Counted from the stretch's first letter, positions 9,088 to 19,118 are shown. The stretch: DNA of 64,000 bases from Patescibacteria group bacterium UBA6201 (GCA_002422025.1 DISV01000005.1:136834-200833), one strand, 5' to 3'. Notes: a model not told the origin generated them from the sequence alone. Numbers and translations: made by a program.

Positions 9088-10980
9088 ATGTACGTAATCC
9101 AAGTCTCCCCACTTTTAAAGGGTGCAAACCTAGAATCTTTAACTTATTTTTCCTCAGTACCGTATGAACTCGGGACTCTCCTTCGTATCCCGGTTAGAAA
9201 TACTGAGGCAACCGGGATGGTATTGTCCGTGAAGCCGGTGTCGGCGGCACGGACCGCGGTCCGTGCCGCTACTTTCTCACTACGTCGTTTACCTGAGCAA
9301 ACAGGTGGTGCTAATTTATCACCGCTTCTTATTAAAACAGCCACTGCGTTGATGGACGAAGTTCCTGCTAGTTTTGGTTCGATACTGTTCTCTCTCTTGC
9401 CACCAGAAGTACGTGATGGTAGTGAACAGTATCCTTTTGCGCCTCTCTGCACTACTGAAAAAAGCGATCAGGCTGTATCGGTCATAACTGGTGTTACAGA
9501 CGAAAGGTGGCGTACCTATAAAGGTCGTGTTCGTGAAGCTTTTGCGCACCGTGGGTCTGTACTCTTCGTTTCCCCAACCGCACGTGCGGCGGCAAGTGCC
9601 GCAGAGAGACTCCTACCTGGGATTAAGGATCGTGCCGTCATTTTCTCTCCGGCCTTGACTGCCAAGAGTTTAAGGAAAGCTTTTCAAAGTGTTACCGATC
9701 TGTCCGCTTCTAAGCTGATTATTACGACTCCGGGTTATGCCTTTATTGATCGTCATGATATTACCGACATCATTATTGATGAAAGTCGTAGTCAACATTA
9801 TCGTTCGCGTACTAGACCGTACCTTGACTATAAGCAGGCGTTAATAAAGATGGCAGAGATTGGTGGACGTAATGTTCTTCTTGGTGACCTACTTCATAAG
9901 GCTGAAGACGAATACAAGAGAAGGACTGAGGTATATATGACTGAAGGTGAGGAACAACTACGGGTAGCTTTTCCAAATGAGGTTAAGTTAATTGTCGCCA
10001 ATAATAAGCCAAGTGGCGATACGCCTTTTGAACTCATCTCTCCCGAATCAAAAACGGCACTTGCAAAAATCCTTAAAGAAAGGAAGAGTGCCTTTGTGTA
10101 TGCAGCCAGGAGAGGTCTGGCACCAGTGGTGGCTTGTAGTGATTGTGGACACATCTTTCGTTGTCCACATTCTGGTACGCCCTACTCACTCTTCCGCACC
10201 TTTAAGAATGGTGAAGAAAAACGCTGGTTTCTTTCCTCTGTGTCGGGACGTCGGGTGAAGGCTGCCGATAATTGTACGGAGTGTGGTTCGTGGCGACTTA
10301 AAGAACGCGGAATTGGTATTCAATATATTGAAGAAGAGTTAAAGAAAACTTTTCCACCGGAGAAGATATTTATCTTTGATCATAGTACCGCTTCGACGGC
10401 TAGAAAGGCCGCTGCTATCATTGGTGATTTCTATGAAGAGAAAGGAGCGATTTTAATTGGCACCGCTATGGCTATTCCCTATCTTGAGAAGCCTGTTTCG
10501 CTTGGCTTAGTCACGTCCCTTGATGCTGTACGGGCCGTCCCGACCTGGCGAGTGGATGAAGACTGCCTCGCACTCTTGCTGGCTCTTCGGGAGAATGTAG
10601 AAGAAGAATTGATTATCCAAAGTCGTAGTGAACCGGATGAACTGATAGATTATTTGCGTAAAGGACAGATTAGTAACTTTTTCACAGATGAACTTAAGTT
10701 ACGTGAGGCGGTTGGTTATCCCCCGTTCTCACATTTAGTTCACCTCACAGTAAAGGGAAAGGAAGAAGCGGTTAAGGGGATGGAGAATGATGTGTCCACC
10801 CTTCTTTCTGATTTCAATTTCTCCTTCTATAGTTCACCAGATTCAACATTAGAAAATACCACTCGCTATGCTCTTCTGCGCATTGCTAACAATATGTGGC
10901 CAAACCCAGCGTTAATGGATGTTTTGCGCAGTCTGCCACAATCAGTAAAGGTGGAAATAAACCCGGACCGGTTGGTCTAA
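9088..10980 (+). CDS. priA: Primosomal protein N' (degenerate helicase motifs)
   Basis: N-terminal 3'-binding-like domain, RRG.APVVACSDCG, G.GIQ.IEEEL, YPPFS and INP..L C-terminus; upstream of def-fmt. Confidence 0.85.
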   Translation: MYVIQVSPLLKGANLESLTYFSSVPYELGTLLRIPVRNTEATGMVLSVKPVSAARTAVRAATFSLRRLPEQTGGANLSPLLIKTATALMDEVPASFGSILFSLLPPEVRDGSEQYPFAPLCTTEKSDQAVSVITGVTDERWRTYKGRVREAFAHRGSVLFVSPTARAAASAAERLLPGIKDRAVIFSPALTAKSLRKAFQSVTDLSASKLIITTPGYAFIDRHDITDIIIDESRSQHYRSRTRPYLDYKQALIKMAEIGGRNVLLGDLLHKAEDEYKRRTEVYMTEGEEQLRVAFPNEVKLIVANNKPSGDTPFELISPESKTALAKILKERKSAFVYAARRGLAPVVACSDCGHIFRCPHSGTPYSLFRTFKNGEEKRWFLSSVSGRRVKAADNCTECGSWRLKERGIGIQYIEEELKKTFPPEKIFIFDHSTASTARKAAAIIGDFYEEKGAILIGTAMAIPYLEKPVSLGLVTSLDAVRAVPTWRVDEDCLALLLALRENVEEELIIQSRSEPDELIDYLRKGQISNFFTDELKLREAVGYPPFSHLVHLTVKGKEEAVKGMENDVSTLLSDFNFSFYSSPDSTLENTTRYALLRIANNMWPNPALMDVLRSLPQSVKVEINPDRLV

Positions 10981-11180
10981 ACTGGAAATTGGAAATGTAA
11001 TGAGATTTCAGACAATTTCCAAGTTTTAGGTTATAGTACAATTCTTACAAAAGTAACGTATCTGCACCGGTTTCAGATTTTTGGCTCTGTCACCTTAGTT
11101 CAATCTAAGGCTCGGTCGTCAAAATGCTTCCAACCGACGTACCTACGCCTATTTTTGAAAAAATTCTGTTACGTAAATAT

Positions 11181-11714
11181 ATGTCAAAACTTGTTGCGGA
11201 AAACCACCTGGCCCTGCACTCAATCTCTGAATCTGTGACCGAAGCAGAGTTTGGGGACGGCACGGTAAAGAAATTAATCAAGAAGATGCGGGACGCCCTC
11301 CATTCATACAATGTGGATGGTTATGTTGGTGTGGCTATTGCGGCACCTCAGATTGGAGTCGCTAAGCGTGTCTTTTTAGTGGAAGATCAAAGTAAGGATA
11401 GAGACGATGCCTTACCCTTTCTGGTGGCAATAAATCCAGAAATAATAAAATTCTCCAAAAAGACTAATGTCGTTGGTGAAGGGTGTCTCTCAGTGCCGGA
11501 GCGTTATGGTGCTGTGAAGCGTCATAGTAATGTGACACTCAGAGCGCAAGACGAAAACGGTGAGGTGTTTGAGCGTGGCGCTGGCGGTCTTCTGGCACAA
11601 ATATTTCAGCACGAATGCGACCATTTAGATGGCACTTTGTTTGTTGATAGAGCCGAGCAGATTTGGACCAAGAAGGAGGCTGATGAATTGCCACTGCGCG
11701 AAGCGAATTCTTAA
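11181..11714 (+). CDS. def: Peptide deformylase
   Basis: GVAIAAPQIG, EGCLS and QHECDHLDG motifs; start placed at ATG 11181. Confidence 0.95.
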   Translation: MSKLVAENHLALHSISESVTEAEFGDGTVKKLIKKMRDALHSYNVDGYVGVAIAAPQIGVAKRVFLVEDQSKDRDDALPFLVAINPEIIKFSKKTNVVGEGCLSVPERYGAVKRHSNVTLRAQDENGEVFERGAGGLLAQIFQHECDHLDGTLFVDRAEQIWTKKEADELPLREANS

Positions 11715-11716
11715 TT

Positions 11717-12535
11717 ATGAAATTTGTATTTTTTGGTACGCCTGATGTAGCCAAGGATACGTTGCAGTATTTGATTGAAAACGGTTTATCACCGCAGGTG
11801 GTAGTTACTAACCCAGATGCACCAAAAGGCCGTGGACATATCATGACGCCGTCACCAGTGAAAGAGTATGCTGTCTCCATAGGATTGCCTGTCCTCACTC
11901 CTGATTCTTTAGATAATGAGTTTATGAATGAAGTCGGCGCCTATGGAGCGGACTTCGCAATCGTGGTTGCTTACGGCAAAATTTTACCTGAGGCTTTGAT
12001 TAACTCCTTTCCTCAAGGCGTTCTCAATATTCACTATTCACTGCTGCCCCGTTGGCGTGGCGCAGCACCAGTAGAGTATGCGCTGTTAAATGATGATAAA
12101 GAAACCGGTGTCACTGTCCAAAAGATGGTAAAGGAACTTGATGCTGGGGATATTGTGGCTGTCAAAAAGTTGGTAATTGAAGAGGAAGACACTACTGCAA
12201 CCCTGAGGCCGCGACTAATAAAGCTCGGAGCAGAACTTTTAGTAGAAACTCTTCCCCGTTATCTTAATGATGAAATAGTACCAATAGTTCAGGAAGAAAG
12301 TTTTGTCACTTTAGCTCCTAAGCTTAAGAAAGAAGCAGGCGAAATAAACTTAGACGATGATTCACGTTTAAACTGGAATAAATATCGCGCTTTCGCTGTG
12401 TGGCCTGGTACTTATTTTTTCAAGAATGATAAAAGACACAAGATTACCCGTGCCTCGTTTAAGGATGGAGTGTTCCAAGTTGAAAAAGTAATTCCAGAAG
12501 GAGGTCGAGAGATTGATTGGAGTGTAGTTTCTTAG
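11717..12535 (+). CDS. fmt: Methionyl-tRNA formyltransferase
   Basis: FFGTP, NIHYSLLPRWRGAAP, LDAGD; follows def. Confidence 0.95.
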   Translation: MKFVFFGTPDVAKDTLQYLIENGLSPQVVVTNPDAPKGRGHIMTPSPVKEYAVSIGLPVLTPDSLDNEFMNEVGAYGADFAIVVAYGKILPEALINSFPQGVLNIHYSLLPRWRGAAPVEYALLNDDKETGVTVQKMVKELDAGDIVAVKKLVIEEEDTTATLRPRLIKLGAELLVETLPRYLNDEIVPIVQEESFVTLAPKLKKEAGEINLDDDSRLNWNKYRAFAVWPGTYFFKNDKRHKITRASFKDGVFQVEKVIPEGGREIDWSVVS

Positions 12536-12569
12536 TGTTGATTTTCACTCAGAACGCACAAGGAAGAAC

Positions 12570-12935
12570 TTAGCGTCCGAAACGCATCATTTCTTTGACC
12601 CGACGTGCGCCACGCTTCATTAAAGTCTCCCTTTTCCCTAGTTGACTGTGTAGTTCATTATATAAATCGGTGCGGACCTCGTCGATGGCCTTCTCGAAAC
12701 TATCAGCCGTAGCTTCGGCTCGATATAGTTTGCCGTTAATTTCTAGATTAACTTCTGCTCGATGAATGTTTCCGCTCTGGTGGTGGTTGGTAATTTTCTC
12801 AAATTCTAGGTCACATACGGCCGGTGCCTCACCCACAAATTTTTCTAGAGTATTCAGTTTGTTCTCGGTAATGTCTCTGAGTTGGTCGCTGATTTCGGTG
12901 TTAGTAATCTTGAAGTTGATCATTGGAAATGACAT
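12570..12935 (-). CDS. hpf: Ribosome hibernation factor HPF/RaiA
   Basis: S30AE-type pattern (AEVNL...RAEATADSFEKAID). Confidence 0.8.
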   Translation of the reverse strand: MSFPMINFKITNTEISDQLRDITENKLNTLEKFVGEAPAVCDLEFEKITNHHQSGNIHRAEVNLEINGKLYRAEATADSFEKAIDEVRTDLYNELHSQLGKRETLMKRGARRVKEMMRFGR

Positions 12936-12948
12936 GGCTTTTGTATGC

Positions 12949-13173
12949 TTATACTTTTAAAACATCAAACACTTTAGTCGGCGAGCGATGCCCGCTAACG
13001 ATTTTAACTTGACCAAGTTTTGTTCCGAATTCCGAAGCTAGTATTTGCCGGAGGCGAATATTAGCCAAGTTGCGCTCCTTTGGTTCTCTTACCTTGATAC
13101 GGTAAGTCGTCGGACTTTCTTTCTCGACGATTTCCTTTCTGGAATTGGGTGTGACGTAGACTTTAATGTACAT
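12949..13173 (-). CDS. DUF167/YggU family protein
   Basis: VYVTPNSRK...P..N.AN...IVSGHRSPTK pattern. Confidence 0.85.
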   Translation of the reverse strand: MYIKVYVTPNSRKEIVEKESPTTYRIKVREPKERNLANIRLRQILASEFGTKLGQVKIVSGHRSPTKVFDVLKV

Positions 13174-13402
13174 AGTGCTTTTTTAGATAGGCAATTATGT
13201 CTTCTGATTCATACATCTCCACATTCTTTTTATCATCGACTAGATATGGTACTTGTCGTTTTCCTCCCCTCTCTATTAAGTCCTCCGCATGTTCTGGGAC
13301 GGTAACAATATCCCGTAAAGTAAAGGTGAGGGAGTTATCGTCAGCGAAACGCTGTACTAACTGACAATATGAGCAACTCGGTTTGTAATACAGTATAAGC
13401 AT
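13163..13402 (-). CDS. Glutaredoxin-like protein
   Basis: CSYC, GGKRQVPYL and MYESEDII motifs. Confidence 0.85.
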   Translation of the reverse strand: MLILYYKPSCSYCQLVQRFADDNSLTFTLRDIVTVPEHAEDLIERGGKRQVPYLVDDKKNVEMYESEDIIAYLKKHYVH

Positions 13403-13404
13403 GC

Positions 13405-13530
13405 TTACGGTGAGACACTCGTCTCAATCTCGAGGGTTGAGGACGGTGCGTGCGCTTTTTTTATGATTAAGTAGGCGCCGACGAATACTATGATGAAGGA
13501 GAGACCGAGCAATGCGTAAGCATTTCTCAT
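13405..13530 (-). CDS. 41-aa single-pass membrane protein (below the ORF-track cutoff)
   Basis: MRNAYALLGLSFIIVFVGAYLIIKK...; TGA-TATAAT 8 nt upstream; ends 2 nt before the glutaredoxin start. Confidence 0.6.
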   Translation of the reverse strand: MRNAYALLGLSFIIVFVGAYLIIKKAHAPSSTLEIETSVSP

Positions 13531-13551
13531 ACTCAGATATTATATCACAGA

Positions 13552-14418
13552 CTACTTTTGACAAGAGGGGCAAAAGTGAGTGCCTCGGCCAGCTACACGA
13601 GTCTTCACGATAATTGACTTACACCGAACACATTCCTGTCCCTGTCGGCCAAAAACCTTGAGCTTATCCTTAAATCCACCCTTAGTGCCGTCAGTATCAG
13701 CAAAATGTTGGAAAGTTGTTCCGCCTAACAAAATGGCCTCTTTCATCACTTTGCCTGCGTGTTTAGCTAGACTCATCGCTTCCTTCTTGTTCAGTGTTTT
13801 GGCCAAACGATGCGGAAGTATCTTGGCTCGAAATAAGGCTTCGTCTACGTAAATATTTCCGAGACCAGCTATGAAGGTCTGGTCGAGGAGTGCCGCTTTG
13901 ATTGATGTCCCGCGCTTCGCTAGACCGGTGAGAAAATATTTCACATCGAAGTCTACACTGATGGGTTCTGGTCCGAATCGTGATTTAGCCATTTCCATAC
14001 CCGCATAATCGGTGAGCTTTAAATAACCGAATAACCGCATGTCATTGAAGTAGAGAATGGTTCCATCTTCAAAAGAAATTGATACACGAGTGTGTCGGTC
14101 TGGTAGTTCCTTAGTTTCAGTCGATAGTGTGTGTCCTCCACCACCTACCAGCTTTCCAGTTTTGTCAGTGACGAAGAATTGCCCGGTCATCTTCAGGTGT
14201 CCGAGTAGGTAAAGGTCGGTAGTATTAACAAACTTAAAAATAAGTAGCTTCCCTATCCTGTCAATTTCTTGGAGTTTGCGTCCTTTCAATTTTCTTGCAA
14301 ACGCAGTTTCGCCCGCCACCGATTTGGGGTGGAATATTTTTGCTCCGCTTACTGTCTTCCCTTTAAGCTTACTCCATAACTGGATTCGCACAGTCTCTAC
14401 TTCTGGTAATTCAGGCAT
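13552..14418 (-). CDS. mutM: Formamidopyrimidine-DNA glycosylase
   Basis: MPELPEVE start, HLKMTG, GLGNIYVDE, C-terminal zinc finger. Confidence 0.96.
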   Translation of the reverse strand: MPELPEVETVRIQLWSKLKGKTVSGAKIFHPKSVAGETAFARKLKGRKLQEIDRIGKLLIFKFVNTTDLYLLGHLKMTGQFFVTDKTGKLVGGGGHTLSTETKELPDRHTRVSISFEDGTILYFNDMRLFGYLKLTDYAGMEMAKSRFGPEPISVDFDVKYFLTGLAKRGTSIKAALLDQTFIAGLGNIYVDEALFRAKILPHRLAKTLNKKEAMSLAKHAGKVMKEAILLGGTTFQHFADTDGTKGGFKDKLKVFGRQGQECVRCKSIIVKTRVAGRGTHFCPSCQK

Positions 14419-14423
14419 AATGA

Positions 14424-14608
14424 GGACTCGGTTCAGTAATAACAACAATATTACATAGAATATATTGTTTTCGCCACCGTCGGTCGACAAAATTGAGCCA
14501 GAATACACAAGAGCTCACTCACCAGAGGGTTCTATGGTTCTTTCCCTTTTGTTCATTCCAGCTCAATTTTGTCGACCTTTGGATTGACGATATTATTGAA
14601 CCGAGTCC
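14424..14608. repeat. MITE-like nested inverted-repeat element
   Basis: Outer IR 14424-14441/14591-14608 (1 mismatch); inner perfect 17-bp IR 14482-14498/14561-14577. Confidence 0.65.
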
Positions 14609-14674
14609 CTACTTCAAAATGAAATCAACTTCCTATGGAATGCCTTGTGGTGTGCCTATGCTATCATTTATTTT

Positions 14675-15946
14675 ATGAATGAGGATAGTGTAGCCAATTT
14701 TGATTTAGACGGAGTTACTCGAGCAGTAACCTATAATAAAAATGAGCGACTCAGCCTCTTACGCTCATTGTCTCTTCCAGAGAGAAGCGCAGTTTTTAAC
14801 CTCCTATCACCGAAAATAAGAGAAACTATTATTGATGCTCTGACCTTTAATGAAGTTTTAGATATATTAGACCACCTCGACCCACTTCGAGTTCATCAAA
14901 TTCTCTTTAAAATGAAGGATAAGAAACGCAAGATACGTTTCCTGTCTCGTTTAAAGAGCGACCGTTTTGAAAAGACTGAATATTTTTTACAATTCCATCC
15001 ACAGGCATCTTTGACCCTGTTTCACCTCAATTACCTCTACCTCTCTGAAGATACTACAGTTGGAGAGACGGCGAACGTCATTGAGAATCACTTAAGAACA
15101 ACTGGAAAGATTCCAGCTATTTTAGTTTCGAAAGGTGGTAAATTAACTGGTGAAGTGTCTTTGGGTACACTGGTACGTGAGCGCAACCAAAACAAGCTAA
15201 AGAATTACGTCAGTCACGTTGAGTCTGTTGTCTATAATTTGGATCGCGAAAAAGTCATAGAGCTATTTGTTTCTCGTCCCCACGAAAAAATAGTAGTCAC
15301 TGATACTGATGGCAGCGTCCTTGGGGTAATCTATTCGGACGACGTAATAGACCTGCTCGACTCACAACCGGCTGCCACCCTGTACAGTTTTGCTGGCGTT
15401 GAAGCCAGTGAACGACCTTTTGATTCAGTCCTCGACAAGGTTCAAGGCCGTTACCGGTGGCTTCTTATTAACCTAGCAACTTGTTTTTTAGCTGGTGGCG
15501 CGGTATCTCTTTTTGGTGAAACTATTAATCAATTTGTGGCGCTCGCAATTTTTATGCCGATGATTGCCGGCATGGGTGGTAATACTAGCAATCAAACGTT
15601 TGCAATAATGATTCGAGGTATAGCTACGGGAGAGATTTCCCTTAAGAATAGTTACCCAGCGATGAAACATGAAATGATTGCTGCTTTTATAAACGGTACT
15701 ATCACAGCACTTATGATGGTACCGATAGCGCTTCTTTTTGGCCTCAATTTGTCCATCGCTCTGATTGCTGGGGTGGCGATCGTTTTCAATATGGTAGTTG
15801 GAGGGTTTTTTGGTACTCTCGTTCCTTTGGTACTCAAGCAGTTTGGTAAGGATCCTGCTACCTCGGCCGGTATTTTTATCTCTACTGCTACTGACGTTCT
15901 TGGCCTACTATTCTTCCTTGGTCTCGCTACTATCATTTTACTTTAA
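14675..15946 (+). CDS. mgtE: Magnesium transporter MgtE
   Basis: CBS region, RYRWL, MGGNT, DPATSAG and TATDVLG motifs. Confidence 0.88.
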   Translation: MNEDSVANFDLDGVTRAVTYNKNERLSLLRSLSLPERSAVFNLLSPKIRETIIDALTFNEVLDILDHLDPLRVHQILFKMKDKKRKIRFLSRLKSDRFEKTEYFLQFHPQASLTLFHLNYLYLSEDTTVGETANVIENHLRTTGKIPAILVSKGGKLTGEVSLGTLVRERNQNKLKNYVSHVESVVYNLDREKVIELFVSRPHEKIVVTDTDGSVLGVIYSDDVIDLLDSQPAATLYSFAGVEASERPFDSVLDKVQGRYRWLLINLATCFLAGGAVSLFGETINQFVALAIFMPMIAGMGGNTSNQTFAIMIRGIATGEISLKNSYPAMKHEMIAAFINGTITALMMVPIALLFGLNLSIALIAGVAIVFNMVVGGFFGTLVPLVLKQFGKDPATSAGIFISTATDVLGLLFFLGLATIILL

Positions 15947-15959
15947 CTAACTAATTATT

Positions 15960-16436
15960 ATGAATATTTCAAGACCAATCAAATTAATCATCGCTTTGGT
16001 TTTGCCACAACTGGCTGGATTTATCGGCTCACTTTTTACATTACCAGCCATCGATTCCTGGTATCGTTTTCTCGAAAAGCCAACCTTTGCCCCACCTGAC
16101 TATGTGTTTGGACCAGTCTGGACCGCCCTCTACATTATGATGGGTATTGCTGCCTATTTAGTTTGGAAGGATGGACTTTCAAGCGGCCGAATCAGAGTGT
16201 CGCTTTTAATTTTCTTGCTGCAACTGACGTTAAACGCTTCTTGGTCAATTGTTTTCTTTGGATTTCAGAGTCCTCAAGGCGGACTCTTTATCCTTGGCGC
16301 TCTTTTGTTCTCAATAGTATTAAATATTGTTGCATTCGCCCGAGTGTCTATGACTGCAGCTTGGTTACTCGTTCCTTATTTGCTTTGGGTGTTGTTTGCC
16401 ACTTATTTAAACTATTCAATCTGGACGCTTAATTAA
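15960..16436 (+). CDS. tspO: TspO/MBR tryptophan-rich sensory protein
   Basis: WY..LEKP.FAPP..VFGPVWT.LY and LLVPYLLWV.FA motifs. Confidence 0.92.
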   Translation: MNISRPIKLIIALVLPQLAGFIGSLFTLPAIDSWYRFLEKPTFAPPDYVFGPVWTALYIMMGIAAYLVWKDGLSSGRIRVSLLIFLLQLTLNASWSIVFFGFQSPQGGLFILGALLFSIVLNIVAFARVSMTAAWLLVPYLLWVLFATYLNYSIWTLN

Positions 16437-16439
16437 TTT

Positions 16440-16967
16440 ATGGCAATTAAGGCTAAAGAAGTTATCAGGGTAAATGACAAAATGCAGAAGGGTTATCAAT
16501 ACGAACTAACTGCATCGGTTGGTAAAAATTTTGATTCAGAATTCAACCCCGAACTCACACCATGCGAAATGCTAGAGCTCGGAGTATTTGGTGGTGTATA
16601 TATGCGCGACTGTGTAAAAGAATTCCCGACTTCTTGGTTCAAGGAGGCTAAGTTATCTCCTCGAGCTGATAATAAGCCTGTTAAGGAAATAAATTATTTT
16701 GGCGAGAATGCTAGTCAGCCACTAAAGGTCTGGAGGCAAAAAAGTTGGATATATAAAGATGATCCGCGTGGTTGGTTTCAGTGGTATTGTCGCTACTTCA
16801 TGGGTCGTCGCATTAAGGAGGAAGACGCTCGACAGATTAAACGGTGGAAGGCTATCAAGCGTCACATTGTGCAGGTAAAGAATAACTGTCGCTCTGGTGA
16901 CGAGTCCTGTCGTCCACGTCAGCGTCAGGCCATTCTCCATTGGGCGTACGATAGTAGGAACATATAA
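16440..16967 (+). CDS. Conserved hypothetical protein
   Basis: LTP.EML.LGVFGG.Y, DPRGWFQWYCRY..GRR and RQAILHWAYD motifs; in an operon with mgtE-tspO. Confidence 0.75.
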   Translation: MAIKAKEVIRVNDKMQKGYQYELTASVGKNFDSEFNPELTPCEMLELGVFGGVYMRDCVKEFPTSWFKEAKLSPRADNKPVKEINYFGENASQPLKVWRQKSWIYKDDPRGWFQWYCRYFMGRRIKEEDARQIKRWKAIKRHIVQVKNNCRSGDESCRPRQRQAILHWAYDSRNI

Positions 16968-16997
16968 AAATGCCCGCTCCAGTTGATGGAACGGGCG
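16966..16997 (-). terminator. Intrinsic terminator
   Basis: gcccg.tcca/tgga.cgggc hairpin with a U-tract on the minus strand. Confidence 0.55.
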
Positions 16998-17019
16998 GTA
17001 TTGGGTGTAGCCTTGTGGG

Positions 17020-17412
17020 CTACTCGGTGGCCACGTCGTGGCCGTTCGGCCTGCGGCCATTGGCATTCAGCATGCGGCTGGCGACGATGGCCGGGTCGAT
17101 GTCTGCTGCCTGGGTGTCGGTGGAGTCCGAGTTGAGCAAGGTCTGATACATTCTGAGTTGTTCCTGCGCGCCGGCGCGAGCAGTGGCGAGCTCGGAACAG
17201 ATCGGTGCAACATAGGTGTTGTTGCCGCTGTCGCTGACTTCCCAAAGTTTCTGGTCGATGGCGGAAATCACTTTGTTGATTTCGTCGGCCGGAATTTTCC
17301 CCCTGGTCGTGAACCATTTCACGTGCCTGGCGTTTTCCAGGTCCTCAGGGCCGGAGAACGAAATCGAGTTGATTGTCGACAAAAGCAATGTGTGTGCAAC
17401 TTCGGTCTTCAT
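17020..17412 (-). CDS. GC-rich orphan protein
   Basis: AAAGGAG SD, own TTGACA-N17-TAGTAT promoter and a downstream terminator. Confidence 0.65.
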   Translation of the reverse strand: MKTEVAHTLLLSTINSISFSGPEDLENARHVKWFTTRGKIPADEINKVISAIDQKLWEVSDSGNNTYVAPICSELATARAGAQEQLRMYQTLLNSDSTDTQAADIDPAIVASRMLNANGRRPNGHDVATE

Positions 17413-17471
17413 AAGGAACTCTCCTTTGTTTGAGTCTTCTCGACTTTGGGGAATTTCCCCAAGACTTATAT

Positions 17472-17500
17472 ATACTAACCCACCTTCTCAAATTTGTCAA
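17472..17500 (-). promoter_or_regulatory. Sigma70 promoter
   Basis: TTGACA-17-TAGTAT. Confidence 0.6.
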
Positions 17501-17625
17501 CTACCCTGTCAATTGAATTATAAATACCACTAGATTATGGCTCAGTACGGCTTTGTGTAGCTACAAGGCGAAAGGCCAGCAAGAGCTGTCCTTTACTGTT
17601 CTTACTTATTTGTCGGTGTCTATTT

Positions 17626-18168
17626 TTAACTACGGCGCATATAGAGATACATCACGATTAGAAAGGCAAAGGTAATTGCTGAGAGAAGCGGAAATGTCAC
17701 GAAACCAAACTCATTTATTACTTTGACTGCACAATCAGCGTTGCTACCATCAATCAGACATGGTGCAAATCCAGCCTCACGTACTTCAGGTGGAATGAGC
17801 TGATAGATGTACTGATAAATGGCAACAACTAGACCAAATATAGATAGAGCTATTCCGTAAGTAGAAAAACGCACTGTGTCTCCTGCCCTGAACGCTAACA
17901 GCACCATTAGTGCTTGTGGATAGATGGCAATGCGTTGTAGCCAACACATTGAACAAGGTACAAACTTAAAATATTCGGAATAGAGGAGGGTTAAAGCAAC
18001 TGTACCAATCGTGGTAGCAATTACCACAGGCCACATCGCCTCTTTTACTCTGTCGGCAAAATATTTTCCCTTGTATATGAAATAGTCAATGTAGAGAACG
18101 ATGGTGAGAGCGGCGAGTGCTAATCCGCCCACGGCTAGTACAAAATTTAGAGTCGGAAGTATATACAT
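17626..18168 (-). CDS. dsbB: Disulfide bond formation protein DsbB family
   Basis: PCSMCWLQR, a second Cys pair (PC...DC), four TM helices. Confidence 0.88.
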   Translation of the reverse strand: MYILPTLNFVLAVGGLALAALTIVLYIDYFIYKGKYFADRVKEAMWPVVIATTIGTVALTLLYSEYFKFVPCSMCWLQRIAIYPQALMVLLAFRAGDTVRFSTYGIALSIFGLVVAIYQYIYQLIPPEVREAGFAPCLIDGSNADCAVKVINEFGFVTFPLLSAITFAFLIVMYLYMRRS

Positions 18169-18274
18169 ATTTATAATATTAACTGCTTCGATGCAGTTTG
18201 CGCAAGAGTAATCCCTTAACAGGGATTACTCTTTCATATTAGATTAGACTAACCCAGTTTGATCAGTATAAAGT

Positions 18275-19057
18275 TTAGGATCGTATGGCAATATATCTTT
18301 TTTTCCAAGCACTCTGGAATTGTTCAATCGATATACTACCACCTCCAGATTTTTCAGCTGGGTCATTGTAATAAACCTCTCCATTGTCCACACCAGTCAC
18401 TATTACGAGGTGTGGAATTGGATTGGTGGGCTTAAATGTATAGTGAACCGATACCATTACTGGTCCCTCTTCTAGAGCTTCTTCAAGAGTTGAGAAGGCA
18501 CTACTCATTGACTGGTCGGTCATATAAACCGCTTCACCAGAGAGACCATAACTTTTTGCTAGTCCAATAAGACCAGCGTGCGACCAACCAGCGCTCGATA
18601 CATAGGCATTAGCGGCGATACCTTCTTCCAATAAACCGTCTACTGTTATTTCTCCCGGCTTATAGAAGTCGATTAGCATTGCTAGGCTGGCGATACCACA
18701 ACCGATCTTTTGCCATTCGGGCGCACTGATATCAGTGAACTGTGAATAGAAAGGTACAGTGTGAATAGTCGGGTCAACCGACTTTTTTGATGCTGAGCGT
18801 GTCGGCTCTGTCTTTGATGTTTCAGCCTCTCCATCACTTACCTCTAAAGCAGAGACTTCGCTATTGTTACTCGTTTCAGTCGATTCTGGGACTTGTCTGT
18901 CAGCAGTGGCTGTGTCGGATACTACTTCCTCTGCCTGTGTGTGGTCCGGAGTCACCTTCACGTAGGTCACACTATTTTGCGCACCATAAGCGATACCGTA
19001 AAGAGCGATACCAAACAATGAGGTTATGACGACTGCAAAAGTATGAATGTACTTCAA
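18275..19057 (-). CDS. Secreted C39-like cysteine peptidase
   Basis: Signal peptide; VPFYSQ, GCGIASLAM, HLVIVTG and YNDP motifs. Confidence 0.8.
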   Translation of the reverse strand: MKYIHTFAVVITSLFGIALYGIAYGAQNSVTYVKVTPDHTQAEEVVSDTATADRQVPESTETSNNSEVSALEVSDGEAETSKTEPTRSASKKSVDPTIHTVPFYSQFTDISAPEWQKIGCGIASLAMLIDFYKPGEITVDGLLEEGIAANAYVSSAGWSHAGLIGLAKSYGLSGEAVYMTDQSMSSAFSTLEEALEEGPVMVSVHYTFKPTNPIPHLVIVTGVDNGEVYYNDPAEKSGGGSISIEQFQSAWKKRYIAIRS

Positions 19058-19118
19058 AGCCGTATCATTTTACTACAGACCAGCACTTGCCTGTAATTGA
19101 TTAGTGTGTCATAAACTT

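Noticed and set aside
14419-14508. N-terminal extensions given by the ORF track for mutM (also mreB, def, rpmG, rpoD, dnaG)
   Set aside because: Family-conserved starts (e.g. MPELPEV) and adjacent -10 boxes indicate downstream ATGs
14420-14674. M-box (ykoK) riboswitch upstream of mgtE
   Set aside because: No recognisable M-box consensus; the structure is a terminal-IR type repeat
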